From an uncultured Bacilli bacterium (GTDB lineage Bacteria > Bacillota_I > Bacilli_A > RFN20 > CAG-826), in NCBI GenBank assembly GCA_934140155.1, contig CAKPBC010000001.1, positions 32,981 through 96,980 on the forward strand: DNA of 64,000 nucleotides, written 5' to 3'. Below the pieces are notes generated by a model. It ran no database searches. It had not been told where the DNA came from and saw only the letters and a program-made list of their open reading frames with translations. The number at the start of each line of letters is the position of its first letter. The stretch's first letter is position 1. Shown one piece after another: positions 55,632-64,000 of this stretch. The position numbers were made by a program, and so were the translations under genes.

Positions 55632-56930
55632 TTAATTGTCTTGAGTGTTTAAATCAGGATTAGATCCTGCTTCTTTTAGTTGAAGTTTTTCTTCTTTTTT
55701 CTTATCGTGATTATATATTAATTTTAAGAATATTGGTGATAACAAACTTGTAACAATAATTAATATCACAATGAATGGCATAATGTTATTATCAATAATT
55801 CCCGCTCCCTTAGAAGCTGTAACAAGACATACTTCCGCTCGAGCCATCATGCCAACACCAATTTTTACAGAATCAGAGAATGAGTATTTGCAGCATTTTG
55901 CGGCAATTCCACATCCAATAAGTTTGCCAACAATACCTGCAATAATAAATAAACAACCAAATAATACAAACGAGCCACTTATTGCTTCAAATTTAGTGGA
56001 TATGCCAATGTTAGCAAAAAACACTGGAACAAATAACATATAACTTAATATGTCTGTCTTTCTTTCAATATATCCGCTTTCGTTATTAGTGGATAAGATT
56101 AATCCAACAATATATGCACCTGTAATATCAGCAATACCAAAATATTTTTCACTTAAATAAGCAATAATAAAGCAAAATGCTAAACTGAATATTGGAACCA
56201 AACGATGGTGTTCAAATCTCTTATCAAGCCACTTAAAGGCTTTACTAGCCACAAATGATAAAACAGCAATAACTGCGAAATATCCAATTGTTTTTAAAAC
56301 AACAATCCAAGGATTAACTGCTTCTCCGCCATTCCCTTTGAATGCAAGAACGAACGATAAAACAATAATGCCTAATACATCATCAATAATTGCTGCCGCA
56401 ACAATTGTAGATCCTACTCTACTATTAAGTTTTCCCATTTCACGTAATGTTTGAACAGTAATACCAACTGATGTTGCCGTTAAAATAGTTCCGTAAAATA
56501 AATTAGTAAGTAATGCATCATGAGTAAGATTAGCAAAGCCACCATTACATAATGTTGCAACTAAAAATCCTAAGCCCATTGGAACAACAACACCCGCAAT
56601 CGTAATAATGACTGCTGGGCCGCCCACTGACTTAATCTGTTTTAAGTCTGTCTCTAAACCTGCAGAGAAAAGAATTAAGATTGCACCAATTTTAGATAAG
56701 AAGCCTAATCCTTCTTGAGTTGTCTCATTTAATATATCTTGATTAGGTATGTAAGAAATTAACCCAATTAATAAACCTGCGACAATCATACCAATTACCG
56801 ATGGTAGATTTAATTTTTTACATATTTTCATAAATATTTTTGAAAATATAAGAATTAGTGCTAGTGGCAACAATATAATATAATAATCACTAGCAATGCC
56901 TTCTAAAAACATATTAAACATCTTAAACAT
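55632..56930 (-). CDS. Cation:proton antiporter (Na+/H+ exchanger family)
   Basis: 432 aa with about 12 TM helices and a C-terminal short soluble tail; typical CPA-fold sequence. Confidence 0.8.
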   Translation of the reverse strand: MFKMFNMFLEGIASDYYIILLPLALILIFSKIFMKICKKLNLPSVIGMIVAGLLIGLISYIPNQDILNETTQEGLGFLSKIGAILILFSAGLETDLKQIKSVGGPAVIITIAGVVVPMGLGFLVATLCNGGFANLTHDALLTNLFYGTILTATSVGITVQTLREMGKLNSRVGSTIVAAAIIDDVLGIIVLSFVLAFKGNGGEAVNPWIVVLKTIGYFAVIAVLSFVASKAFKWLDKRFEHHRLVPIFSLAFCFIIAYLSEKYFGIADITGAYIVGLILSTNNESGYIERKTDILSYMLFVPVFFANIGISTKFEAISGSFVLFGCLFIIAGIVGKLIGCGIAAKCCKYSFSDSVKIGVGMMARAEVCLVTASKGAGIIDNNIMPFIVILIIVTSLLSPIFLKLIYNHDKKKEEKLQLKEAGSNPDLNTQDN

Positions 56931-57126
56931 CTCCTTGCAAATTCACAACTTTGTATTATACCACTATGCATATTTAATGGAAGAAAAATCATAATAAAAA
57001 TTTATTTATGAAAAACGTTTTCTTTTCGTTAATAAGTTATCAATGATTAAATCTTATATAAGCAAAATAATTTATTTAACAAATTATTTATTTTTTTTAT
57101 CCAATTAATTATAATATTAACTACAT

Positions 57127-57202
57127 GGGGCCATAGCTCAGTTGGGAGAGCGCTTCGTTCGCAACGAAGAGGTCGCGAGTTCGATCCTCGTTGGCTCCAC
57201 CA
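57127..57202 (+). tRNA. tRNA-Ala (anticodon CGC)
   Basis: 76-nt cloverleaf ggggccauagcucaguugggagagcg-cuucg-uuCGCaa-cgaag-aggucgcgaguucgauccucguuggcuccacca. G3:U70 identity pair, encoded CCA end. Confidence 0.9.
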
Positions 57203-57215
57203 GTTTAATTGATAT

Positions 57216-57262
57216 ATCCACTAAAATTTTACTTAAATAAAGTGATTTAGTGGATTTTTTAT
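57216..57262 (+). terminator. Terminator after the tRNA
   Basis: atccactaaa...tttagtggat 10-bp stem followed by ttttttatt. Confidence 0.55.
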
Positions 57263-57275
57263 TTAATGATAAAAA

Positions 57276-57312
57276 GAGAACTAGAATTCCATCTAGTTCC
57301 CTCAAAAATCGA
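57276..57312 (-). terminator. Terminator of the glycoside-hydrolase operon
   Basis: Minus strand reads gaactaga-uggaauuc-uaguuc (8-bp stem) followed by ucuuuuu, directly after the stop at 57331. Confidence 0.6.
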
Positions 57313-57330
57313 ATCTTCGAATCTTGTTTT

Positions 57331-59394
57331 TTAGAAGACTGGAGCAAATGGCAAGTCATCTACACTACATTCTGTAATTGTAAATGATTTATTACTTGAC
57401 CATTGCCATTGTCCATTGGTCTCTTTAATACATGATTGTAATGTTACTCTAACACCATCTGCCAAATCTCCAGATAATGTATATGTACATTGCATTTCTT
57501 GAGTTTGTGGTCCTTGATATGTAAATGTCCACATAACATCAACTTTTTCATTAGCTAAATCAAAGATAAAATATGTATTACCATCTTGAGAATATGGGTT
57601 AGCTTTTGTTGTACTTGTGAAATATCTCTTTTCTGGTATTACTAAGTTTCCATCTTTTTCGACCATTGAGATTTTAGATGGCAATGAATTAAATAAGTCA
57701 TCATCACCACTAATTTTTTCACCAATTACAATTGCTTTAAGTTTAGATGATCCTGTTAGTTCGATTTTAACATCAACTGTCTTATCGCCCGAGACTACTT
57801 TCATTGTATCTAAAGATTTAACAATATATTTGGTTTCCACTTCGCCAATCTTACCAGTGATTGTATTTGATGCTTCTGAATCATCAAGTGTAATGTCATA
57901 AGATTGAACTGTCTTATTAGGCATAATTACATTAACTTTTTTATTTACTAAATCTAATTCGCTCTTTAATAAACTTGTATCTAAAATTTCTTCTTTTGTT
58001 TCAGTAATACGCTTTACTAATATTCCAGAAGTATCAAGTCCATCAACGAAACGATATGTTTTCTTAACTGCTTCATTTGATGCATCGAGTACATAAGTAC
58101 CTTGATCAACACCAATTGTAACTTTAGTATCCCAAGTAAATGTATCCCAGTTTGCTCTAACTATTTGCTTTCCTGGATATTTTTTAGTATTTGGAATTGA
58201 CCATTTAATTGTTTTATCTGGATCAAATACAGCACCAACACGTAAATCATTTCTTACTTGCATTGCTGTCCACTTGGTTGTATCAATTTCTTCGCCATAT
58301 TCATAAGTTAAGTCATCCGTTCCGGTATCGATATACATACCAATTGCCGGTGTATATAAGAATCCATTAACTTTTAACGAACGAGTTCCCCATGAGAAAT
58401 CAAGTTTAATATCCGCTGTCCAATCATAGAATTTAGAATTTGATTTTACGCACATCATATTTGCGTTTGTTCCACGATTATCAATCATAACTAAACAATC
58501 CGAGCCATCTTCTTCAATGTTATACCAATATCCAAAGATGTTTTTATTGTCTTGAACGCCATTATATAATCCATCATCCCAAAGCGATAGATAGCCATAA
58601 GTTTTAGAATAGTTTCCTTGATATCCTTCAGCATAGAATCCTTCAAATTGATAAACAATGAAACGATCGTTATCTCTACGTTCACTTCTATTAGTGCCTA
58701 CAGCTTTTTCAATTTCGCCCGTGGTTTTCTTTGCCCAAGGATTATTAGCCTTGCTAAATTTAACAGAAGCAGGATCATAAGGATAATCAGTAACTACATC
58801 ACCAAATTCTTTTTCTACGTCAATTTTAAATCCTAATGTATTATCATTATAAGAATTGTTTCTAGCTTTACACGATGCGATTGTTGCTCCACTTGCAGAA
58901 GTGGCAATAATAATAGCTAACGCACCAATACTATAGCGAATAATATTTGGTTTATTAAATTTAATTGGTTCTTCTTTTTCTGTTACATCTTTAAAAGATG
59001 CTACAATTGCTATAGTTATTATTGCTATTTGCATTACTGTGTACACGCAGTTAAGTGGGAAATTACCACCTTGGAATTCAACATGGTTAATTTGGTCAGC
59101 AATAAGATTAGGAAATAAATATATTTGCTTCATAAATGAGAAACACATAGCGAGTAAAGCTCCTAAATGAATCCATTTATGTTCTGGCATTGCTAAGGCC
59201 ACTACTTCAATTACAAAGCATAATAATGCACAAATCCCAATTACTTCTGGCGTATGTGGTACAGCGTTATTAGCCATAGACGTCTTATAAGTGGCTAAGA
59301 ATAATATACCAAATATAAGTGCAAGTATAGCATCTAACATCATGAGATAGAATCCAACTTTTTTGCCTTTAAATATTTTCTTAAGCATTTCCAT
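57331..59394 (-). CDS. Polytopic membrane protein (about 5 N-terminal TM helices) with a roughly 500-aa extracytoplasmic domain; function unknown
   Basis: Hydrophobic N-terminal 190 aa, then a Thr/Asp/Tyr-rich soluble domain. Start lies 12 nt after the GH3 stop, so same operon. Confidence 0.5.
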   Translation of the reverse strand: MEMLKKIFKGKKVGFYLMMLDAILALIFGILFLATYKTSMANNAVPHTPEVIGICALLCFVIEVVALAMPEHKWIHLGALLAMCFSFMKQIYLFPNLIADQINHVEFQGGNFPLNCVYTVMQIAIITIAIVASFKDVTEKEEPIKFNKPNIIRYSIGALAIIIATSASGATIASCKARNNSYNDNTLGFKIDVEKEFGDVVTDYPYDPASVKFSKANNPWAKKTTGEIEKAVGTNRSERRDNDRFIVYQFEGFYAEGYQGNYSKTYGYLSLWDDGLYNGVQDNKNIFGYWYNIEEDGSDCLVMIDNRGTNANMMCVKSNSKFYDWTADIKLDFSWGTRSLKVNGFLYTPAIGMYIDTGTDDLTYEYGEEIDTTKWTAMQVRNDLRVGAVFDPDKTIKWSIPNTKKYPGKQIVRANWDTFTWDTKVTIGVDQGTYVLDASNEAVKKTYRFVDGLDTSGILVKRITETKEEILDTSLLKSELDLVNKKVNVIMPNKTVQSYDITLDDSEASNTITGKIGEVETKYIVKSLDTMKVVSGDKTVDVKIELTGSSKLKAIVIGEKISGDDDLFNSLPSKISMVEKDGNLVIPEKRYFTSTTKANPYSQDGNTYFIFDLANEKVDVMWTFTYQGPQTQEMQCTYTLSGDLADGVRVTLQSCIKETNGQWQWSSNKSFTITECSVDDLPFAPVF

Positions 59395-59405
59395 TTTATT
59401 CACCC

Positions 59406-62321
59406 CTATTTCACCAATTCTTTTGGCTTTTTAACAAATTCATAGATAATGAACAATGATATAGCCGCTAAGGTAAATGCGCCAAATACACCATCAATAG
59501 TATAAATAACTGGTTTCCACCATTTAAATGTTTCTTCTAAATCTTTGCCACTATCAGCGACATCACCCATCCATGATCTAGATAAAGCATACATGATATT
59601 TTTATTCGCTTTTTGACATAGTTCTAATAAATATCCATCATCAGTAGATGTAATAGCATTTTTAATTTGTTGACCTCTATTTCCATCAAGACAGAATACC
59701 TCAGTTCCACCAACAATCATATCACGAGTTGAAGTATATGATCCTTCACCTTGCAATGCATCATCAATAATTAAACCTTTATATTTCCATTCAGTTCTAA
59801 GTATTTGATTTGATAAAGTTTGATGACATGCAGCATAAGTTAAACCAATTCTATTATATGAAGTCATAATACCAAGGCCTTCGCCTTTTGTTAAGGCGCC
59901 TTCAAATGGCTTTAAATAAATTTCACGAATGGCTTGTTCATTAGAGAATGTTGCAACACCTTGACGATTAGTTTCTTGGTTGTTTAAGAAACAGTGTTTA
60001 ATATTCATAATTAAGCCTTTTTTTCTAGCTTCTTTTACTATATTACTTGCAACATAATAGTTCATAATACCATCTTCCGACATATATTCTGAAGCACGTG
60101 ATCCATAAGGTGTTCTATTGATGTTTGCTCCTGGAGCATTAACAGCAGCAACACCACAGTGCAAAGCTTCTTCACCATAGAAATAACCAAATTTCTTTTG
60201 CATTTCATGGTCCCATGTTGCAGTATAGATTGGTCCAGTAGCAAATCCAGTTGCCCATCTTCCATCACCATAAGCAAATGGAGACAATAAACCTTCTGGT
60301 CCTTCATTAATAGAGTTAGATGGTTTTGATACTGAAGTAACCGCTAAAATGCCACGGTTATCAGACATTGAAATTACTAAATCATCTAATGTCATTTGTT
60401 TAATGAATAAATCCCATTTAGGATCATCATATTCTAGTTTAGCCATATCAGAGAATTTAAGACGATATGGATTTCCTTCTTCATCTTTTAATTGAACTCC
60501 ATACTTTGTACCAGCACCCGCACTATATGATTCTGCATCATCGGCTTTTGTGTACATTCTCATATCGAGTCCTTTTTTCATTTTATCGTTAAGCTTCAAC
60601 CCTTCTAATTTTTTAGGGAAAGTTGCTTGCCAATCTTTTCTTGTTAAATATGTAATTTTTTGGTCATCATTTGCCCAGTAATTAACATCTGCATCATCAA
60701 ATTGGTTAGTAACTTCAACTGAGTCATCATAGTGTGAATACTTATATGCATCCATAGCGCCAGAAATAGCTACTTTTTGCACACAATTTGCGCTTGCTTG
60801 ATAATTTGTACCATTATGGTCAGTTAATGCCGCAGATGGGTTTTTAACTCCTATAACATTATTAAGTGCTTCGTGAGCGCCATTACCAAGTGCAAAGTAA
60901 TAATCACCATCTTCTAAAATGTATTGTTTTTTATTAATTCGATCATATGAAGCTAAGAAATAACGATCAAATTCAATATCCAATGTTTTTGACTCATTTG
61001 GTTCAAGAAGCACTTTATCATAAGCACATAATTGAATTGATGATTTTTCCACTAAATGTTCTTTATCATATTCTGTATATGGGCTTTGGCAGTACACTTG
61101 AATTGATGATCTTCCTTCAACCTCGCCAGTGTTCTTAACAGTTACATTAGCTACAAAAGTATCTTCATCAGCTTTATAAGTAACGCTATTAAGCTTTTGC
61201 TCAAATGTTGTATATGATAAACCAAAACCAAATGGATATGCTACTTCGCGGTCATAAGTCCAATTAGTTTCTCCATCATAAGTTCCGGCATCACCATTTG
61301 CATTTCCTTGATTTAAAACACAATCTTCATATCTTGTTTCATAATATTTATATCCAACATAAATACCTTCTGCATAAGATACGTATTTGTTTGATCTATC
61401 TACGCCTGCACTACCATCAAAATTAATATCGCCAAAGTTTTGATAAGCAGCAGAATTTGATGCATGAGCGGAGAAAGTATCAGGTGTATGTCCGCTTGGA
61501 TTAGCTTCCCCTGTTAAAATATGAACAACACCATCTAAAGAATAGTATCCTGGAACTCCAAACCATAATACAGCATCTACGCCGTATTCTTCTTTGTTGG
61601 CCCAATCTAAACTCATTGGCATCGCACCATTTAATAAGACAATTGTTTTCTTAAACTTACCTGATTCTTTAATCATTTTTAATAAGTTAGCTTCATTTTC
61701 TTGTAAATCAAGAATTCCGGCTTTCGGATCACTATTTTCTGTACCAACACGTACAAATGTTACAATTGCAGCATCGCCAAAAGTATCAAATGATGCTTTA
61801 ATACCTGCTGTATATGCACTTACAGCAACCTCAGGAATATTAGTTTCTGATGGTTCTCCTCCACCAGTATACATATTCCAAATAGTCTTATTATAATTAA
61901 AACCATTATTTTCAAATGCATCGTTTAAATGAACAACTAATTTTTCATTTGGAGCAGCACCTCCGGCACCAGAACGTAAACACAAGTGTGCACTATTACG
62001 TCCAAATAATGTGACGTTTCTTTCTTCTTTTGTTAAAGGTAAACATCCATTATCATTTTTTAATAAAACGGCACCCTGCTCTTCTTGTTCAACACAGTAC
62101 TTATAAGAATCTTGAATCATTCTTTTCCAGCCTGCATCGGATAAACTTCCATCTTCTTCAGCATAGTCAGAACGTTTGGAACTAATTTGACGAACATTCA
62201 ATCCTAAAACGTCGTTAATTAATCCTTCGTTATCCATAGCAACATTAGTTAATGAAATAAATGCTGTTGTTAGCAAAATGCCAACTGAGGATAACCCTAA
62301 CCAAAGTTTGTTTTTTTTCAT
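59406..62321 (-). CDS. Glycoside hydrolase family 3 (beta-glucosidase/beta-xylosidase-like), membrane-anchored
   Basis: 971 aa. N-terminal signal-anchor. GH3 TIM-barrel block ...NIKHCFLNNQETNRQ...EIYLKPFEGAL...GIMTSYNRIGLTYAACHQTLSNQILRTEWKYKGLIIDDAL in the C-terminal half, indicating permuted domain order. C-terminal TM helix (VFGAFTLAAISLFIIY). Confidence 0.75.
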   Translation of the reverse strand: MKKNKLWLGLSSVGILLTTAFISLTNVAMDNEGLINDVLGLNVRQISSKRSDYAEEDGSLSDAGWKRMIQDSYKYCVEQEEQGAVLLKNDNGCLPLTKEERNVTLFGRNSAHLCLRSGAGGAAPNEKLVVHLNDAFENNGFNYNKTIWNMYTGGGEPSETNIPEVAVSAYTAGIKASFDTFGDAAIVTFVRVGTENSDPKAGILDLQENEANLLKMIKESGKFKKTIVLLNGAMPMSLDWANKEEYGVDAVLWFGVPGYYSLDGVVHILTGEANPSGHTPDTFSAHASNSAAYQNFGDINFDGSAGVDRSNKYVSYAEGIYVGYKYYETRYEDCVLNQGNANGDAGTYDGETNWTYDREVAYPFGFGLSYTTFEQKLNSVTYKADEDTFVANVTVKNTGEVEGRSSIQVYCQSPYTEYDKEHLVEKSSIQLCAYDKVLLEPNESKTLDIEFDRYFLASYDRINKKQYILEDGDYYFALGNGAHEALNNVIGVKNPSAALTDHNGTNYQASANCVQKVAISGAMDAYKYSHYDDSVEVTNQFDDADVNYWANDDQKITYLTRKDWQATFPKKLEGLKLNDKMKKGLDMRMYTKADDAESYSAGAGTKYGVQLKDEEGNPYRLKFSDMAKLEYDDPKWDLFIKQMTLDDLVISMSDNRGILAVTSVSKPSNSINEGPEGLLSPFAYGDGRWATGFATGPIYTATWDHEMQKKFGYFYGEEALHCGVAAVNAPGANINRTPYGSRASEYMSEDGIMNYYVASNIVKEARKKGLIMNIKHCFLNNQETNRQGVATFSNEQAIREIYLKPFEGALTKGEGLGIMTSYNRIGLTYAACHQTLSNQILRTEWKYKGLIIDDALQGEGSYTSTRDMIVGGTEVFCLDGNRGQQIKNAITSTDDGYLLELCQKANKNIMYALSRSWMGDVADSGKDLEETFKWWKPVIYTIDGVFGAFTLAAISLFIIYEFVKKPKELVK

Positions 62322-62415
62322 AAATTCCCTTTCCGCGCTTTTTTGCGCATATTTGTTATTATCAAGAAAGTAAAAGACCCTTTTTGATAATTATTACACT
62401 ATAATAATGCTTTAA

Positions 62416-62429
62416 GATAGCGCTTACAA
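62416..62429 (-). promoter_or_regulatory. Candidate catabolite-responsive element (cre) upstream of the GH3 gene
   Basis: Minus-strand TGTAAGCGCTATCT matches cre consensus TGWAANCGNTNWCA at 13 of 14 positions. A nearby direct repeat CAAGATTGTC occurs twice (62437-62446; about 62566-62575). Confidence 0.3.
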
Positions 62430-62579
62430 AAATGACAATCTTGCTATTTTAGTTATGCTTTTATAAACTATGCCATAATTTTAAAAATATAGGTTTTTAA
62501 CGCTATAACTTATAAATATATGCAAAATGTTGATAAAAAATACATAAAGACAATCTTGTTATTTTTACTATTCGCCTTT

Positions 62580-64000
62580 TTATCCTAAAACAAATTTAAA
62601 AAATGACAATTTTCCTTTGCCTTCATACTTAAAAATCAAAGGATGAATACCATCAGTTATCTCTAATTTTGATTCATATAAAACATCTTTGCCTTTATGA
62701 ATAGCAAAAGACGCTACTTTATTTTTATTTTCATCATAAACTCTCATTGTTCCATTATTTGTTGAAGAAACCAAAATCTTAATATTTTTTGAATTATCAA
62801 ATTTAAAATATTTAAAAGTTATTGTTGTTCCATCTTTAATGTTAGCAATATACTGATCTCCATCAATTTCGCGATCTTTTCCACTTTGCGTAAAGTATGG
62901 CCTTCCAAATCCTTTAAATAGTCGATAGAATGTTCCACCATTTTTACATTTTAAATTGCAGGCAATACGAGCTTCATATTCTCCTTTACCTAATAATGGT
63001 CCATTATTTAATCCACAAGATGTTATCTCAACTTGTGGAATTGTGCCATCTTCTAGAATCATAATTTTTTCTGCGCAAGCTTGTCTAGAAAAGCAATGGC
63101 GATTTGTCTGTCGATGATAGAAAATATAATGATTATCATTAATTGATAATATAGAACCATGTGTATTTCCGGTCATATTATTAGCACTTCTAACTTCTTT
63201 GATATCTCCTAATCCAACATCTCCAATTGAGACAATAGTGCCTCCATATTCAAAATCTCGATCAGGATAATTGGAAATCGCATAACATAATTCATGGCCT
63301 AAAATAGATGAATAAATAAAATAATATTTACCGTTTATTTTACGCATTGATGATGCTTCAAAAAATTCGTGTCCTTTATACTTGGTATTCTTAGAATTAT
63401 AAACACTTTTTACTCCAATTTCGTGTGGAGTTTCTTTGATAGTACACATGTCTGTCTCTAATTTGATGCATAAAGGTCCTACTTTTGATACTCTTTTTCC
63501 ACCAGTAACAAACACTCCTAATAAATCTGGACAAAAACCTGAATATAAGTACACATCATTTCCTTCTACAAATATTCCTGGATCGAATTGAAAAACATCG
63601 TTCTTACCTTTTCCTAAGATTGTTCCATTTTTATATTTTACATGACTATAAAACTCAAATGGCCCTGCTGGAGAATTAGATACAGCAACACCAATTACGT
63701 TTGTGCCAATGGCGCTATAATATAGATAATACCTTCCATCTACTCCTTGAATGCAATCTGGAGCGTATAAAGCTCTTTTTCTTTTATTTAGTGGATCTTG
63801 TTCTTTTTTAAAAATTACACCTTCGTATCTCCAAGAAGTTAAATCATCAATTGGAGCGGAATATGTAACATAATCACCTAAGCAAAAATTCTTTCCATTA
63901 AATAAATCATGTGATCCATAAATATAAACTCTTCCGTTAAAAATTCTTGGCTCAGCATCAGGTATATATTCATGTGATGGTAAATAGGGATTAACAATTT
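62580..64000 (-). CDS. Glycoside hydrolase family 43-like (beta-xylosidase/arabinofuranosidase type); N-terminus beyond the window
   Basis: Frame is open from 64000 down to the stop at 62580; the track starts at an internal GTG at 63554. Upstream in-frame translation ...DAEPRIFNGRVYIYGSHD...DGRYYLYYSAIG... shows GH43-type five-bladed propeller hallmarks. Confidence 0.65.
   Translation of the reverse strand, partial: IVNPYLPSHEYIPDAEPRIFNGRVYIYGSHDLFNGKNFCLGDYVTYSAPIDDLTSWRYEGVIFKKEQDPLNKRKRALYAPDCIQGVDGRYYLYYSAIGTNVIGVAVSNSPAGPFEFYSHVKYKNGTILGKGKNDVFQFDPGIFVEGNDVYLYSGFCPDLLGVFVTGGKRVSKVGPLCIKLETDMCTIKETPHEIGVKSVYNSKNTKYKGHEFFEASSMRKINGKYYFIYSSILGHELCYAISNYPDRDFEYGGTIVSIGDVGLGDIKEVRSANNMTGNTHGSILSINDNHYIFYHRQTNRHCFSRQACAEKIMILEDGTIPQVEITSCGLNNGPLLGKGEYEARIACNLKCKNGGTFYRLFKGFGRPYFTQSGKDREIDGDQYIANIKDGTTITFKYFKFDNSKNIKILVSSTNNGTMRVYDENKNKVASFAIHKGKDVLYESKLEITDGIHPLIFKYEGKGKLSFFKFVLG

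Noticed and set aside
57138-57359. 73-aa minus-strand ORF
   Set aside because: Overlaps the tRNA-Ala gene and its terminator; a spurious antisense ORF.
62322-62345. gcgc-tttttt-gcgc hairpin just upstream of the GH3 start
   Set aside because: Very short 4-bp stem overlapping the RBS region. Probably not a discrete regulatory element.

Overview
This window is a low-GC (about 33%) Firmicutes-type core region, probably from an anaerobe and possibly Erysipelotrichia/Clostridia-like. Almost every gene is on the minus strand. It holds the str operon tail (fusA-rpsG-rpsL), rpoC-rpoB, ybxB-like-rplL-rplJ-rplA-rplK, nusG-secE-rpmG-sigH-like-rlmB-cysS, the full S10/spc/alpha ribosomal operons, tgt-queA-queH, phnDCEE, udk, a Na+/H+ antiporter, one tRNA-Ala and a glycoside-hydrolase operon. 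Gene order matches the Bacillus subtilis layout closely. Accessory material is inserted at discrete points. Two paralogous M6-like Zn-metallopeptidase lipoproteins sit between rpsL and rpoC. A 685-aa multi-OB-fold lipoprotein plus an intact class-C (IIC-like) group II intron sit between nusG and rplK, with the intron immediately after a rho-independent terminator. A trimeric NuoE/NuoF/HydA-type [FeFe]-hydrogenase operon with an unusual TSCSPGW H-cluster motif, plus a TspO-like gene, sits between rplQ and cysS. A polynucleotide-kinase-like P-loop protein and an MBL-fold hydrolase are fused onto the end of the phnDCEE transporter operon. No CRISPR array, prophage or IS element was seen. The best candidates for something undescribed are the phn-transporter + Pnk-like kinase + MBL operon, the variant hydrogenase, and the lipoprotein/intron insertions in the ribosomal supercluster.
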